Shown: piece by piece, positions 14,807-28,904 of the stretch
Position numbering within the stretch: position 1 is the first letter of the stretch
Layout: each line of letters starts with the position of its first letter
Assembly: GCF_006345805.1 (NCBI RefSeq)
Contig: NC_043011.1
Coordinates: forward strand, 48,496,464-48,560,463
DNA length: 64,000 nt
Direction of reading: 5' to 3'
DNA from: Octopus sinensis
Taxonomy: Eukaryota
Notes under the pieces: model-generated
Told to the model about the DNA's origin: nothing
Databases searched by the model: none
Seen by the model: only the letters and a program-made list of their open reading frames with translations
Program-made: the position numbers and the translations under genes

Positions 14807-15073
14807 AGAACAGTAATAATAATAATTTTGGCACAAAGCCAGTAATTTTTGGTGGGTATGGGGGTTAGTAAATTATATCGACCTCAGTGCTCAACTGGTA
14901 CTTATTTTATTTTATCGTCTCTGAAAGTATGAAAGGTAATGTTGGCCTCAGCAGAATTTGAACTCAAAATGTGAAGACAGGGATAAATTCCACCAAGCAT
15001 TATATCTGGCATGCATTATGCCTGATTCTGCTAGCTTTCTGCCCTGGTAATAGTAATAATGAAGATGATGATG

Positions 15074-15116
<43 letters not shown>

Positions 15117-15118
<2 letters not shown>

Positions 15119-15600
15119 TTGTTTTGTCTTGGTATAAAAGATGGGCTACAGCAAATATTCTGCTCAATACCACAGATTTGCTTGTCAGTTGTTTGACCTT
15201 AACCAGTTGAGCATGTCCCTTAGTGGCTGACGATATGTGCATCTCTGATCACGAGCAGAAATAGTGGGGGAGCATCATAGCGATGTGTTGAGAGGGATTC
15301 TTTGGGGTTTGAATAGTTCACCTCTGGAAACATGGGTGGTTCTTTCAACATCCTTAAACAACCCTTATTCAGGGACCGTTTGAGCGGGATGGGCTACTCA
15401 ACCAGAAGAAAATTCTAACTGGGCCCCACCTGCAAGGTCATGTGCTGTTTATCTTGATATGAGATCACCATGTCGCGCACAAATGGTTGTGATGCATGTG
15501 CCTGGTGTACCTTTATCAGACGGGTAGTCATGATGGGTATATTGGGCTTCGTATATTTTACCCCAGTGTCACTTTGATGGCATGAACTGCTCTCTCACTC
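15117..15600. mobile_element. ~480-bp interspersed element embedded in (AAT)n on both sides, possibly derived from an R4/Dong-type non-LTR element
   Basis: Higher-GC unique block bounded by (AAT)n at 15075-15116 and from 15601; family assignment is inference. Confidence 0.45.
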
Positions 15601-17797
15601 AATAATAATAATAATAGTAATAATAATAATAACAACAACAACAATAATAATTTTTTATACTGGAAGTGCAAGGCCTCAAATTTGATGCCCTTCCTAATGC
15701 CAACCAGAGAGTGTAGTGGGTGCTTTTACATGCCACCAGCATGAGGGCTTGTCAGGTGGTACTGGCAACAGCCACGCTCAAATGGTGCTTTTTATGTGCC
15801 ACCTGCACAGGAGGCAGTGCAGAGGTACTGGCAGCGACCTTGCTTGAATGCTTTTTTCCATGTGCCACCAGCACAAGTGCAAGTAAGGTGATGCAGGTAA
15901 CGATCATGCTCGAATGGTGGATTTTTACGTGCCACCGGCATGGAAGCCAGTTTCTTGCACTGGCAATGATCAAACTCGGATGATACTCTTAGCGCTCCAC
16001 TAGCACGGATGCCAGTCATCGAATTTGATTTCAATTTCACTTGCCTCAACGGGTCTTCGCAAGCAGAGTTTAGTGTCCAATGAAGGAATGGTACGCATAA
16101 GTGGGCTGGTTACCCCCATGGCATAGGCTACAAGGTTATGGTCTCACTTGGCTTGCTGAGTCTTCTCCATCATCCAAAATAATAAACTCCACTGTATATA
16201 TTATATGGATGGCAGTCAAATTCCACTGCAGCTGACTTTGGTTTTAATCCTTTTGGGGTTGATAAAACAAGTACCAGTTGAATACTGGGGTTGATATAAT
16301 CAACTAATCCACCCTCCTACAAATATTTCAGGCCTCGTGCTTATAATAGGAAGGATTATATATTATATAATCAAATAATGATATACTCTTTTCTGGGTTC
16401 TTTCTCTCAATACCATTAATGAAACAAAATCAAAACAATAATTAGTTAAAAAAAGACGGGTTGATTAATAACTTCATCAATAATATAGATTGATTTTGAC
16501 TGGGTGCTAAACCACTTTCTTAATTACAATAGAAGACTATCGATAAGTGAATGAACTTTGGTACTTTTTTTCCATTGACTCTTTCGCACACCCTGCTCTT
16601 TCACATCAATATCACAAGAACAACCCAATAAAAGAATTGCTGCATATTTGTTCAATGCTAGAAATAGCAGCCAAATCCTCATAAAACGTCCTATTTTCTA
16701 AAAAAAAAAAATGTGCAAATTGCTTAAGAGTAAAAGGATATGGTAATAACTGTATGAATTTGATGTCTGCTGAGTCAGAAAAGATCCAGGGATCTTAATA
16801 ATAACCCTTTTTAGATAACTGTGAGGTAAAGCTGACTCTGGTCAGATTTCAAGTTAATTTGGTTTTCTAATTCTTTGGCTAACACTGAGCAGTGACAGTA
16901 ACAGCAGTACCACCTCCATCAACAGCAGCACACATTAGCATTATCCAGTATTTAGAGATCTCAATAAACCACAACATCCCACATCTTCATCAGTCTTTTT
17001 GCTGCCATGGTTACTCTCCATTGTCAGCATTCTTAACTGCCGAATTACCCACTTCTTCCTATATCGTCTTTGAACTGCCTCTATCATGGTTACAACCTGC
17101 TATTAGCATCCTCAGTTCTCGACTCACCGTTTCTGCCCCCATCTCACTCAGCCACGAATATTATCTACTGTGCTTGCATCACGTAAAAAGTTCTCTGTCC
17201 ACCCTGCTGTGTGGTTGGTTGGTGTCAGGAAGGGTATTTAGTTGTAAAAACTCTTCCAAAACCTTAGATCTCAACTAACCATTTCTGCCCCATCTCACTC
17301 ACCCATGACTATTATCTACTGTGCTTGCGCCATATAAAAATTACTCTGTCCACTCTGCTGGGTGGTTGGTTGGTTGGTTGGTTGGTGTCAGGAAGGGCAT
17401 CCAGCCAGAAAAACCCTGCCAAAACAGACACAGAAGTCTGGTGCAGGCTCCTGTCTGATCAGCTCCTCACAAACCATCCAGCCTATGCTAGCATGGAAAA
17501 CAGACGTTAAACGATGTCAATGATGATGTCTGCACTTCTTTATCAGCATCCATTCTGCAATTCCAGTCATAAATAATATAAAAAATGTGCACAGAGTTAC
17601 TTTATTGTGAGCAAGTGGAAAGATATGATGATTTAGGCAGCAACCTTCATCAACGGAAAAAGGTTCCATTCTTCACTCAGGAGACTAACTTATTCCAGTT
17701 TATGTAATTTATTATCAACAGTTCCTAACTAAATCATTGGTAATTTCCATGATTCATTTGTTTTAGTCATAAATAATGTATAATGAATTTTTCTTAA

Positions 17798-18380
17798 CCC
17801 TTTTGTTACCAACCCGGCTGAAACCAGCTCTGGTTCTGAGTACAAATGTCTTGTTTTCAAAAGTTCTGAATTAAAATCTTCCACCAAACCGTAGTCACAA
17901 TTTATGTCCCTAACACTAGCTGAATGATAACTAAGTTATTTTACTAAATGCTTTGTTATATTTAAAATTAATTCAAAGAAATACAGGAGTGGCTGTGTGG
18001 TAAGTAGCTTGCTAACCAACCACATGGTTCCGGGTTCAGTCCCACTGCGTGGCATCTTGGGCAAATGTCTTCTGCTATAGCCCCAGGCCGACTAATGCCT
18101 TGTGAGTGGATTTGGTAGACGGAAACTGAAAGAAAACCTGTCGTATATATGTATATATATATGTATGTGTGTGTGTTTGTGTGTTTACGTCCCTGTCACT
18201 TAGCAGTTCGGCAAAAAGAGACCGATAGAATAAGTACAGGGCTTACAAAAAGAATAAGTCCCGGGGTCGAGTTGCTCAACTAAAGGCGGTGCTCCAGCAT
18301 GGCCGCAGTCAAATGACTGAAACAAGTAAAAGAGTAAAAGAGTAAAAGAGCATCTCAAAATAAATACAGTAACGAAAGGG
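17798..18380. mobile_element. piggyBac-type non-autonomous element with a nested SINE-A
   Basis: TTAA on both sides (17794-17797, 18381-18384); 12-bp TIR cccttttgttac / gtaacgaaaggg, one mismatch. Confidence 0.75.
17986..18350 (+). mobile_element. SINE family A nested in a piggyBac-type element
   Basis: Well conserved, (AGTAAAAG)n tail. Confidence 0.85.
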
Positions 18381-19327
18381 TTAAACATAACAATAGTATG
18401 CTGCTAACAAGGAAAATTCTTATATTTCAGTAAAACCCTGTTTTGCAATTTTATCTTTTATGTAATTATTTCTATTAATGTTGACCATTATTAGACTTGG
18501 GCAGTGAGCTTGGTAAAATTCTTAGTACGCTGGGAAAAATGCTTTGTGGCATTTTTGTTGTTACACTTGAGTTCAAATGCCACTGAGGTCAACTTTGACT
18601 TTCATAAGTACCAGTTATGCACTGGGGTTGAATGAAATCAACTTGTCTCCTTCCGTCCCGAAATTTCAGGCCTTGTGCCTATAGCAGAAAGGATCATTAG
18701 ACTTCTTCAATTATTAGTTATTAGTCTTCTTGTTTTTAATATAGATTTTTTTTTTTACCAAGGCAGTGAGCTGGCACCATTGTTAGCATGCAAGGTAAAA
18801 TGCTTAGTAGAATTTTGTCTATCTTCACATTTTGAGTTCAAATTCCACTGGGGTCGATTTTGCCTTTTATCCTTTCAAGGTCGACAAAATGAGCACGAGT
18901 TGAACATTGGGGTTGATTTAATCAACTTAGTCCCTCCTCCGAGTTTATATCAAGTAAACACAAAGCTAATTACTTAAATAATGCAGAAAACATAATCAGA
19001 AACATAATTATTCTAATTATGTCACATTCTTTCTATTTATTTTACTTTATTTTTCCAGCATCATTGTCCTTTACACAAGAGAGAAAGGATGATAAAATTG
19101 AAATTGGCAGAATTTGAGTCCAATGCTATGTTCATTAAATATATAGATACAGTCAACCAATTAGGATAAATTCGTATATGAGAATTGTATTAGAATGAAG
19201 CACCTCCAGAATGATTAGCAGAGCTGTTAGAACACTGGACAAATTAACTTATATCATTTGGTTTGTTTCTTTACATTCTGAGTTTAATTTCTTTTGCATT
19301 CTCATTGCCCTCTCAAATGTAGGCATA

Positions 19328-19736
19328 GGAGTGGCTGTGTGGTAAGTAGCTTGGTTACCAACCACATGGCTCCGGGTTCAGTCCCACTGCGTGGCACCTT
19401 GGGCAAGTGTCTTCTACTATAGCCTCGGGCCGACCAAAGCCTTGTGAGTGGATTTGGTAGACGGAAACTGAAAGAAGCCCGTCGTATATATGTATATGCA
19501 TATATATGTGTGTGTGTGTGTGTGTTTGTGTGTCTGTGTTTGTCCCCCCAACATCGCTTGGCAGCTGATGCTGGTATGTTTACATCCCCATCACTTAGCG
19601 GTTCAGCAAAAGAGACTGATAGAATAAGTACTAGGCTTACAAAGTCCTGGGGTTGATTTGTTCGACTGAAGGTGGTGCTCCAGCATGGCCACAGTCAAAT
19701 GACTGAAACAAGTAAAAGAGTAAAGAGTAAGGAGTA
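19328..19736 (+). mobile_element. SINE family A, near consensus
   Basis: Full head, core, (TA/GT)n and tail. Confidence 0.85.
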
Positions 19737-21314
19737 ATGATTACTTATGGACATCATTTGAATGAGTCCTTATCAGTCATCGTTATCTTTTAACATCTGT
19801 TATCCATGCTGGCATGGGTGGCAGGGTTTGGCAGGCACTGGCAAACCAGAGAACGGCACCAGGCTCTGTTTCCTGTTTTGGCATAATCTCTACTGTTGGA
19901 TCTACAGCAGGATCACCAAGTAATTTGCAAGACAGAGATCCATGACTGTGAAGAGGAGTAGTGTTGAGGGAGATGGATCTGTGCCAGTTAAGAGGGTAAA
20001 ATATAACAGAGGGATAGAAATAGGCGTCTGGCTATGAAGGAGATACCTGACCATCCTATCTGGAAAAGAAAGGAGAGACAAGAGAGATGAAGTTAGGGGA
20101 GAAAGATTAGCAGAGTGAGAGAGAGAGACAGATGATGGTGGACTTTGTTTTGAATTAATTATTTGTTATCTTATAGCTTTCGAAATTTTGATGATGTGGA
20201 TGCTTATTTTTATGGTGTGGTTGTTTATCTCTAGAATGGCACAGATGGGTAGATGCGAGAGGCAGGATTTGGCAAATTTTAACATAAAACAAGTCAGCCT
20301 GTGATAAGTTTAAATGCTATGCTTTTCATCTTTTTATGGTCAATGAAACAAATACCAGTTGATTATTGGGATCAATGTAATCATCTTAACCTCTCCCTTA
20401 AAATTGCTTGCCTTATGCCAAAATTAGAAACTGTTATTTCAGTAGTTCTTTAGTTGATTAAATTGTTACAGCCATCATAGCCAAGGCCATAATTCCCTTC
20501 ACCAAGCATGACCAGACCTTTCATTTTTAATTTTAATGACATTTCATTAAAATTTTAATGATGTTTTGTGATAAAGTTAAATATAAAACAGCTCTAATGA
20601 AAACATAAATGAAGCTCTGAGAGGATATTTAAAAGGTCAAAATTGACATGCAGCAACCCTATCAACATACTCCTCCACCACCAACAATATATAAAAAATA
20701 TAGTGCTAGCAAACTAATGGACCAATAAAGAAGTATCTACATGGTCACTTGATTTGCTAGAAATTGCATCCAAATCTCTTTCAAAACATTTAGTGTCACA
20801 TGAACAAAGAAAGGCCATAATTGATAAAACCATCCAAAATATATTATGTCTAAATAAAATTTGTAAAGGTCAAAGATCACTGATAGAAATAAGAGGAAAC
20901 AGAGGATAAAATTCTTCTTCTCTTCAGTTCATAGAAGATGAGCAGTGCTGGATTAACCATTAAGTAAAATAAGCACAGGTTTAGAGCATCAATAGAAGCT
21001 GGATTCCACAGAAATGGTAAATGGTTTACATTACAAAAGAAATCACTTTAAACTTGCTGAAATAATATTTGAACTGGTTTATATTGTCAGAAATATAATT
21101 TTGAAATGTTCATGGTGTCATAGTGAGAATCAGATCAAAGATATTACAATTAAAAAACAAAGGAAACATTTTTTCAAATATAAATAAAGTGGAGGTATAC
21201 AAAAATAATCATTGTTTTCCATTTTACTGTTAGTTTTGTTTCATTTTGAAAAATAAAAATTAATTTTATGGTTTATTATGCTTATAGTTTTAATTATGTA
21301 TTGATGTTATGGAA

Positions 21315-21611
21315 ATGTACTTGCATAGCAAGTGACGTGATCTGAGATCGTGTGCTTGAACAAAAACAATTGCAGCGTGGAAGGTGTTTATAAGCCATTT
21401 AAGAAACACACAAAAACCGTTCAACATTTAAATTTAATCTGTCAAAATATTTTCGTCGCTTTGAGACTGCGACCTGTTCACTGACAAAATTCCATGCTGC
21501 ATCTCGAAAGCGATGAAAATATTTTGACAAATTAAGTTTAATTGTTGAAGTGAATCTAACGGTTTTTATGTGTTTCTTAAATGGCTTATAAACACCTTCC
21601 ACACTGCAATT
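21315..21611. mobile_element. Foldback element, probable PLE terminal-repeat derivative carrying H1
   Basis: Inverted arms ~21368-21462 and ~21507-21611; 21315-21490 is the reverse complement of ~53615-53805. Confidence 0.6.
21440..21486 (-). ncRNA. Minimal type I hammerhead ribozyme motif, G3-C8 core variant (family H1)
   Basis: Minus strand reads UGUCA-GUGAACA-G-GUCGC(AGUCUCAAA)GCGAC-GAA-AAUAUU-U-UGACA: 5-bp stem I, 5-bp stem II, palindromic stem III; cleavage triplet UUU (suboptimal). Confidence 0.7.
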
Positions 21612-21750
21612 ATTTATGTATTGATGGGTGTTCCGAAAACCCTTTATGTGCTTTAAATTTGTATGGGTTTTAATCCTGCTTCAGACTTGTATGGGTGTTA
21701 ATCCAGCCCTAGAGGTGCCTTTCCTCATAGGTTTACTCAATTAAATTTAA

Positions 21751-22510
21751 CATGATGCTCAACAGCAACTATGTATTGCAAGAATTGTTAAAGATGAATG
21801 GGGGTACGGAACTGAACCATTGACAGTCATCATTGAGCATGATGTTATTTACATGATAGTAGAGGCGCAATGGCCCAGTGGTTAGGGCAGCGGACTCGCA
21901 GTTGTAGGATCACGGTTTCGATTTCCAGACCAGGCGTTGTGAGTGTTTATTGAGCGAAAACACCTAAAGCTCCACGAGGCTCTGGCAGGGATGGTGGTGA
22001 CCCCTGCTGTACTCTTTCACCACAACTTTCTCTCACTCTTACTTCCTGTTTCTGTTGTACCTATATTTCAAAGGGCCGGCCTTGTCACTCTCTGTGTCAC
22101 GCTGAATATCCCTGAGAACTACGTTAAGGGTACACGTGTCTGTGGAGTGCTCAGCCACTTACACGTTAATTTCACGAGCAGGCTGTTCCGTTGATCGGAT
22201 CAACCGGAACCCTCGTCGTCGTAACTGACGGAGTGCTTCCAAGAATTTACATGATATTAGTACGAGTGAAAATTGTGGATGAAGGATATACGCGAAGGAG
22301 ATTGCTTAATTTCATTACCACAATAAATTGGATGAATAACAGCTAGAATATCAGGGAAGCTTTAAATAATGAAGCTAAAAGTGTACAAGAAAATATTGTT
22401 CACTGGCTCCACCAACATAGAGAGTCGTTCTTTTCTGAAGCAAAACTAAAAAGGCAACTGTCGCTGTTACTGACACCTGAGAGACGGAGAGACAGTGTGT
22501 GTGTTGAGCA
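21751..22510 (+). pseudogene. Decayed ORF remnant, possibly mariner transposase N-terminal region, split by a SINE-C insertion
   Basis: Removing 21859-22256 restores one frame of ~120 codons with a single stop (...VKDEWGYGTEPL...NIREAL...LSLLLTPERRR). Confidence 0.3.
21859..22244 (+). mobile_element. SINE family C (tRNA-Arg-like head), 12-bp TSD
   Basis: A box tggcccagtgg, anticodon-like ctcgc, B box ggtttcgattt; TSD atttacatgata at 21847-21858 and 22245-22256. Confidence 0.9.
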
Positions 22511-22544
22511 CACAGACACACATATGTATATGCATGTGTGTGCG

Positions 22545-22589
<45 letters not shown>

Positions 22590-22818
22590 GTGTGTGTGTG
22601 TGTATATATGTGTGAAAGATGGTAGAAATAAAGAGACTACGATGAAGAAAGAATGAGTGTGACAGATACAAGATTACATTATGTTACGATGTCATCTTTT
22701 CATTTAGCTTCTGTAGACAGCCATGAATAATAAGCACCAGAACAATAGGTGTCTTTAGAGTGTGTTTGAAGAGAATACATGTGTTTATACATAAATACAC
22801 ACACACACACATAAATAA

Positions 22819-22866
<48 letters not shown>

Positions 22867-22916
22867 GTGAGTGTATATATATATATATATATGTGTGTGT
22901 GTATATATAATATATA

Positions 22917-23005
<89 letters not shown>

Positions 23006-23879
23006 GTGTGTGTGTATAATGAATGAGACATACATAGACAGAAGCAGGAATAAAACACAAGGGAGAGGGAGAAAATAAAGGAGAGACGTTGGGAGATGCG
23101 GCGGTGGTGGTGGTGGTGTGGTGGTGGTGGTGGAGGGGAAGTGACATTAAAAAGAAATAAGAACACATCACTTGTTCTTTTTCCAGCAGTCACCTTTTTT
23201 CTTTTTTAAGTAATTCTTTTATGTCTGTCTGTCTGTCATTTGAAGCTCATCAGAGTCAGAGAGTGTTTTTTTGTTGTTGCTTTATGTTTGTATTGTTTTA
23301 GGAGTTGTCTTTGTTTTCCTTTTTTATTATTATTTTTTTTAACCTATCATTCAGCAAATAGAACGATAAGTAAAGAGAGACAGAGAGAGAGAGAGAGAGA
23401 GTGGTGAGGGTTGAGGAATACCTTATCACAATTAGGAGAAAGACAAAACAACAACAACAACAATAGCAGCAACAACAACAACACTAATAAGGTGAAGAAC
23501 TAACATGTGGAACTACTATATAATAAGCGTCTTAAACACTGGTGGGTGTTTGTTTTACTTGTAATTCTATCAATAATTCTATCTATGACAGTGTTCCACT
23601 AAATATTTGATCAATATCATTTGAAACTATTGCAAGGAACAAGACATGCTTTTAAGTAAAATGCTGAGATGTGCTTCGTGAACAAAAAAAAAAAAAATAA
23701 TAATAATAATAATAATGATCAACACCAAAAACAAAAAAACAAATATATGGCACACTAGGCATAACAACAACGTGAACTTCCAACCTGTTGTCTCTTGAGG
23801 TCTCTGGGTGAGACTTGGAGCCAACTTGTGCTGACATAAAGCAAAAGTCAAACATAGAATAATAATAATAATAATAATG

Positions 23880-23925
<46 letters not shown>

Positions 23926-26139
23926 GGATAATAATAATAATAATAGCAATAATCCTTTCTACTATAGGCATAAGGCCTGTATTTTGTGTGAAGGAAGACA
24001 GTCGATCACGTTGACCTCAATACTCTACTGGTAATTATTTCATTGACCCTGAAGGTTAAAAGGCAAAATTGAGCCCAGCCGAATTTGAACTCAGAACATA
24101 AAGACAGATGAAATGCCAGCTTGCTGCCTTAATAATAATAATAATAATCATGGTTTTAAATTTTGGCAAAAGGCCAACAGTTTTTGAGAAGGGGGTTAAT
24201 TCAATTGCATTGACTCCAGTACATGACTGGTATCTATTTTAGGATGAAAGGCAAAGTCAAGCTCCGCGAGATTTTTGTTCAGGACATAAAAATGGATGAA
24301 ATGCGGCTAAGAATTTTATCTAGCTTGCTAGTGGTTCTGCCAGCTTGACAACTAATAGGCAATAATAATAATAATTGCTCTAATTTTGGCACAAGGCCAG
24401 CAGTTCTGAGAGATGGCAATCAGACTGAACCCCACTTAAACCGATAAATCAGGAAATTATTTTGCAGGGTAATTAGTATGGTAATTAATTAGGCTTTGTT
24501 GTTCTAATTTATGCCACAGGCACGAACTATTTCTCTTAGCTTATTTTCATTTTACACACACACACACACATACACACAGGGTCACACACTCACACAGGGT
24601 CACAGGCATTATTTTGTTGTCTTGAAAATTGGACGTCCACATTGAGTGACTTGGGAATGAGGGAGTAAGAAAGTGATGACAAGCATTACAGAAAATGATA
24701 TTAGCTGACAAGGGATGGCACAAACTATGTGTAGTAGTCTCGTCACAGTGGCAATAGAAAGAGAATAATAAATATCAATAACTTAATTATCTAAGGAAGA
24801 GGGAAAGAAACTAAGGGCAGATAACACATGTGGGTAAATTGAGAGGTGCAGTGGATATCAATAGGTCTGGTGTAATCCTTCATTAATAAATCATTGTGAT
24901 GAGAAAGAAACACTATTGTTAGTAATATATTTGCTTGTTATCAGTATCATAATGGCATTGGCTCCTTGGAGTTAGTAGGGCTTATGCCATCTCCACTGAG
25001 ATATTCTCAACCAACACATCCCTCCTCCTCACATCACCCTTGCTGCATCCAGCCCTCCAGGCCTCATACAATCTCTACATTCAGTTCTTCCTTCCTTCCC
25101 AGAACATTGGCCCCTTGGGATTCCCTATCTGCTCATATCTTAACCTCAGTTGTTTACTTACAAAGGGGTTAGGAGGGGCCATAAACAGCATCAGTTTCCC
25201 CATGGGGCTGCAAAGATTATAGGTGCTGCTCCTTCTTCCAGATCCAGCAAATTTAATAAATTGCTTTATTCAGCAAAAGTTACAGAATTTGCTAAGTGCT
25301 ATGTATAAACCTCTTGGCTCTTGGGTCACTTAGTAACTTGAGCCAGTAACTTAGTATAATTAGTATAATTAGTAACTTAGTATAATTTTGTGTGCATATG
25401 TGTGTGTGTAAGTGTGTGTGTGCATGTATATTTGTGTGTGTATACACACACATGCATAATCTTATGTGTGTGTATACATACATACATATATATACACAAA
25501 ATGGATGCTTGAAATGGATATTGTACAAAGAAGAAACTTTGAGAGTAATGGAGGCCAAAGTGAGATAGGTAAGCCAATGGATGCAGAGTGTACTATTCAT
25601 ATAATTTATGATCTGTTAGCTGATGATTGGGTGTTGCAGGTACACATACAACCTGTCCAAGTTGATGTGTGAAACCTATATACTGTTTCATTGCTATTTC
25701 ATTTTTCTCACAAGATATGCATACAGCTAATTGAAGTAACTAATCAGAAGGCAATAATTCTGGTAATAAGGCATTGTGCTAATTAGATGAAGACTTTTAA
25801 CGAGCATTTATAAGACCTGAGTGAAAAATCAATAGCTGTTGTTATTGCTTTTAGTGTATAAATCTGATTGGGCCTACTCAAACACACATTTATGGTATGT
25901 ATACAATGGATCTAACAAAGTATTGGACTGGCGTTTATCACCTATTTTTGTTGTGTAGAGAAGCAAAATGATTGGATCAATATATTATAGTTACCAACCG
26001 GATGACCTGGTGTTCAAGTCTAAAGCAGGTAGTCTCAATTCATTTCTTTAGCTATCAAATATCACCTGAAATGATTATTTTTGTGTTTCCACATACATCA
26101 ACATCAAAAATCAAATGGAAATTGTAGTTGTGAGACCTA

Positions 26140-26455
26140 TGCTGGTGGCACGTAAAAAGCACCATCTGAACGTGGCCGAATCCAGCGCCGCCTTGACTGG
26201 CTTCAATGCTGGTGGCACATTAAAAGCACCAACCGATCATGGCCGTTGCCAGCCTTACCTGGCACCTGTGCCGGTGGCATGTAACAATCCCCACTACACT
26301 CACGGAGTGGTTGGTGTTAAGATGTGCATCAAGCTGTAGAAACACTGCCAGATCAGACTAGGGCCTGGTGCAGCCTCCTGGCTTTCCAGGCCCTGGTCGA
26401 ACCGTCCAACCCATGCTAGCACAGAAAACAGACGTTAAACGATGATGATGATGAT
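26140..26455 (+). mobile_element. Repeat family D (tggcacgtaaaaagcac motifs, gacgttaaacg(GAT)n tail)
   Basis: Homologous pieces at 1780-2117 (+), 5637-5850 (-), 15690-16175 (-), 17200-17528 (+), 19770-19900 (-) and 44205-44505 (+). Confidence 0.75.
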
Positions 26456-26461
26456 TTAGCT

Positions 26462-27805
26462 AGCATGAAACATCTATGATCATATATATCTATTTGATCA
26501 GGGCTGATGTATGTCTAAAGCTATTTGGTCAACTAGAATATCTTTCTTGTAGATATAACATTGTCCCAGAAGGGCCACAATGATTCTGACAATGTTCCTG
26601 AGTGGTCAAGATTGTCTTTGTTTTTCCAGATATAGTGTCACTAGGAATGAACATCTTTGATCATATATATCTACTTGATCAGGGCTGACCTATGTTTATT
26701 TGGTCAACTAGAATATCTTTCTTGTCCCAGAAGGGCCACAATGATTCTGACAATGTTCCCATGTGGTCATGATTGTCTTTGTTTTTCCAGATATAGTGTC
26801 GCTAGGATGGAACATCTTTGATCATATATATCTACTTGATCAGGGCTGACCTATGTCTAAAGCTATTTGGTCAACTAGAATATCTTTATTGTCCCAGAAG
26901 GGTCATAGTGATTCTGACAATGTTCCCATGTGGTTGGGATTGTCTTTGTTTTTCCAGATATAGTGTCGCTAGGATGGAACATCTTTGATCATATATATCT
27001 ACTTGATCAGGGCTAACCTATGTCTAAAGCTATTTGGTCAACTAGAATATCTTTATTGTCCCAGAAGGGTCATAATGATTCTGACAATGTTCCCATGTGG
27101 TTGGGATTGTCTTTGTTTTTCCAGATATAGTGTCGCTAGGATGGAACATCTTTGATCATATATATCTACTTGATCAGGGCTAACCTATGTCTAAAGCTAT
27201 TTGGTCAACTAGAATATCTTTCTTGTGGATATAACATTGTCCCAGAAGGACCACAATGATTCTGACAATGTTCCTGTGTGATCGGGATTGTCTTTGTTTT
27301 TCAGATATAGTGTCGCTAGGATGGAACATCTTTGATCATATATATCTACTTGATCAGGGCTAACCTATGTCTAAAGCTATTTGGTCAACTAGAATATCTT
27401 TATTGTCCCAGAAGGGTCATAATGATTCTGACAATGTTCCCATGTGGTTGGGATTGTCTTTGTTTTTCCAGATATAGTGTCGCTAGGATGGAACATCTTT
27501 GATCATATATATCTACTTGATCAGGGCTAACCTATGTCTAAAGCTATTTGGTCAACTAGAATATCTTTCTTGTGGATATAACATTGTCCCAGAAGGACCA
27601 CAATGATTCTGACAATGTTCCTGTGTGATCGGGATTGTCTTTGTTTTTCCAGATATAGTGTTGCTAGGATGGAACATCTTTGGTCATATATATCTATTTG
27701 ATCAGGGCTGACCTATGTCTAAAGCTATTTGGTCAACTAGAGTATCTTTCCTGTGGATACAACATTGCCCCACAATGGTCACAACCACAATGATTCTGAT
27801 TATAT
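26462..27805. repeat. Tandem array of ~8 units of 161-181 bp
   Basis: aacatct anchor at 26469, 26650, 26811, 26978, 27145, 27325, 27492 and 27673. Confidence 0.95.
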
Positions 27806-28855
27806 TCTAGTATAGATAGAACAGACAACAGTTAAGCACCAACTACAGACCTATTCATATTGTTCATTCTGATTATTGAATTTCAAAATGAACTTTAGAT
27901 AATAGATACCAAAAAAAATATGTATAAACTAACAAAATAAAACTGAAAAATCAACAGATGAGATTACCATATATCTTTATTTGTTCGTCAATTTTTCAAG
28001 AATTTATGGCCAGGAAGCGTGAATGGAATATAAAATCTAGTGGCAATGATAAATTTTTGTTTGGTAAAATAGTGAATAATATTTATGGTAAAGGAACGAG
28101 AATACAAATATGAATGTATTAAGACACTAAGATTGATTTATTCACTGGTTTAACAGTAGATATATATGATAAAATATAATGGAACGAGTCTGAGGAATGT
28201 GATTCAGAGTTTAGATGGGCTTTATTGCAATAGTTAATGTTATCTTTGGCTGAGTTGATAACATTGTCAGACTTTTGACTGAAGGACCAATTATTTGTTT
28301 CCTGTTACACAATGCGGTAATGTGTCTGTTGGCGATATATTAATAGGGTAATGTATCAAGACATTTGACACTTAGTGTGTAGAAGCACCACTTGTAGAAG
28401 AGAAGTTCAATAAGTTGGTATTTTACTGCTTCCAGCACTGGAAGCACATGAAAACTATTCCCTTTGTGTAGTCAAAACTAAGAAAAGTTTGCAGAACAAA
28501 TACATTTGATTGATTAATATCCCTTGGATATTACAAGAATGAATTAACAAGAAAATTCTGATAGCAAAATTCCACAGTAGTTTGAGAATGTGATCCAGGG
28601 TCAACCAAGGAAACTTACTGATTCAAAACCAAGAACAAGTGCAAAAAACTTTTGGTAGGTGGTCATAGTGGATTAGATTAATACTAGATAGGTACTTCTT
28701 TTATTGACCTTGAAATGATGAAAGAGAAGTTGGCTACAAGACTGTGTGGGTCAGAGGAATCAGAACATAATTACAAGCAGAATGAATTGGTTAATGACAG
28801 GTACTACAAAAGAGGGTGGTGTAGGTAAAATGTACTTGGTAGAATAGGTCCAGTG

Positions 28856-28903
<48 letters not shown>

Positions 28904-28904
28904 G

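Noticed and set aside
26462-27805. Possible CRISPR-like array
   Set aside because: Whole units are homologous; there are no unique spacers and no cas-like ORFs.
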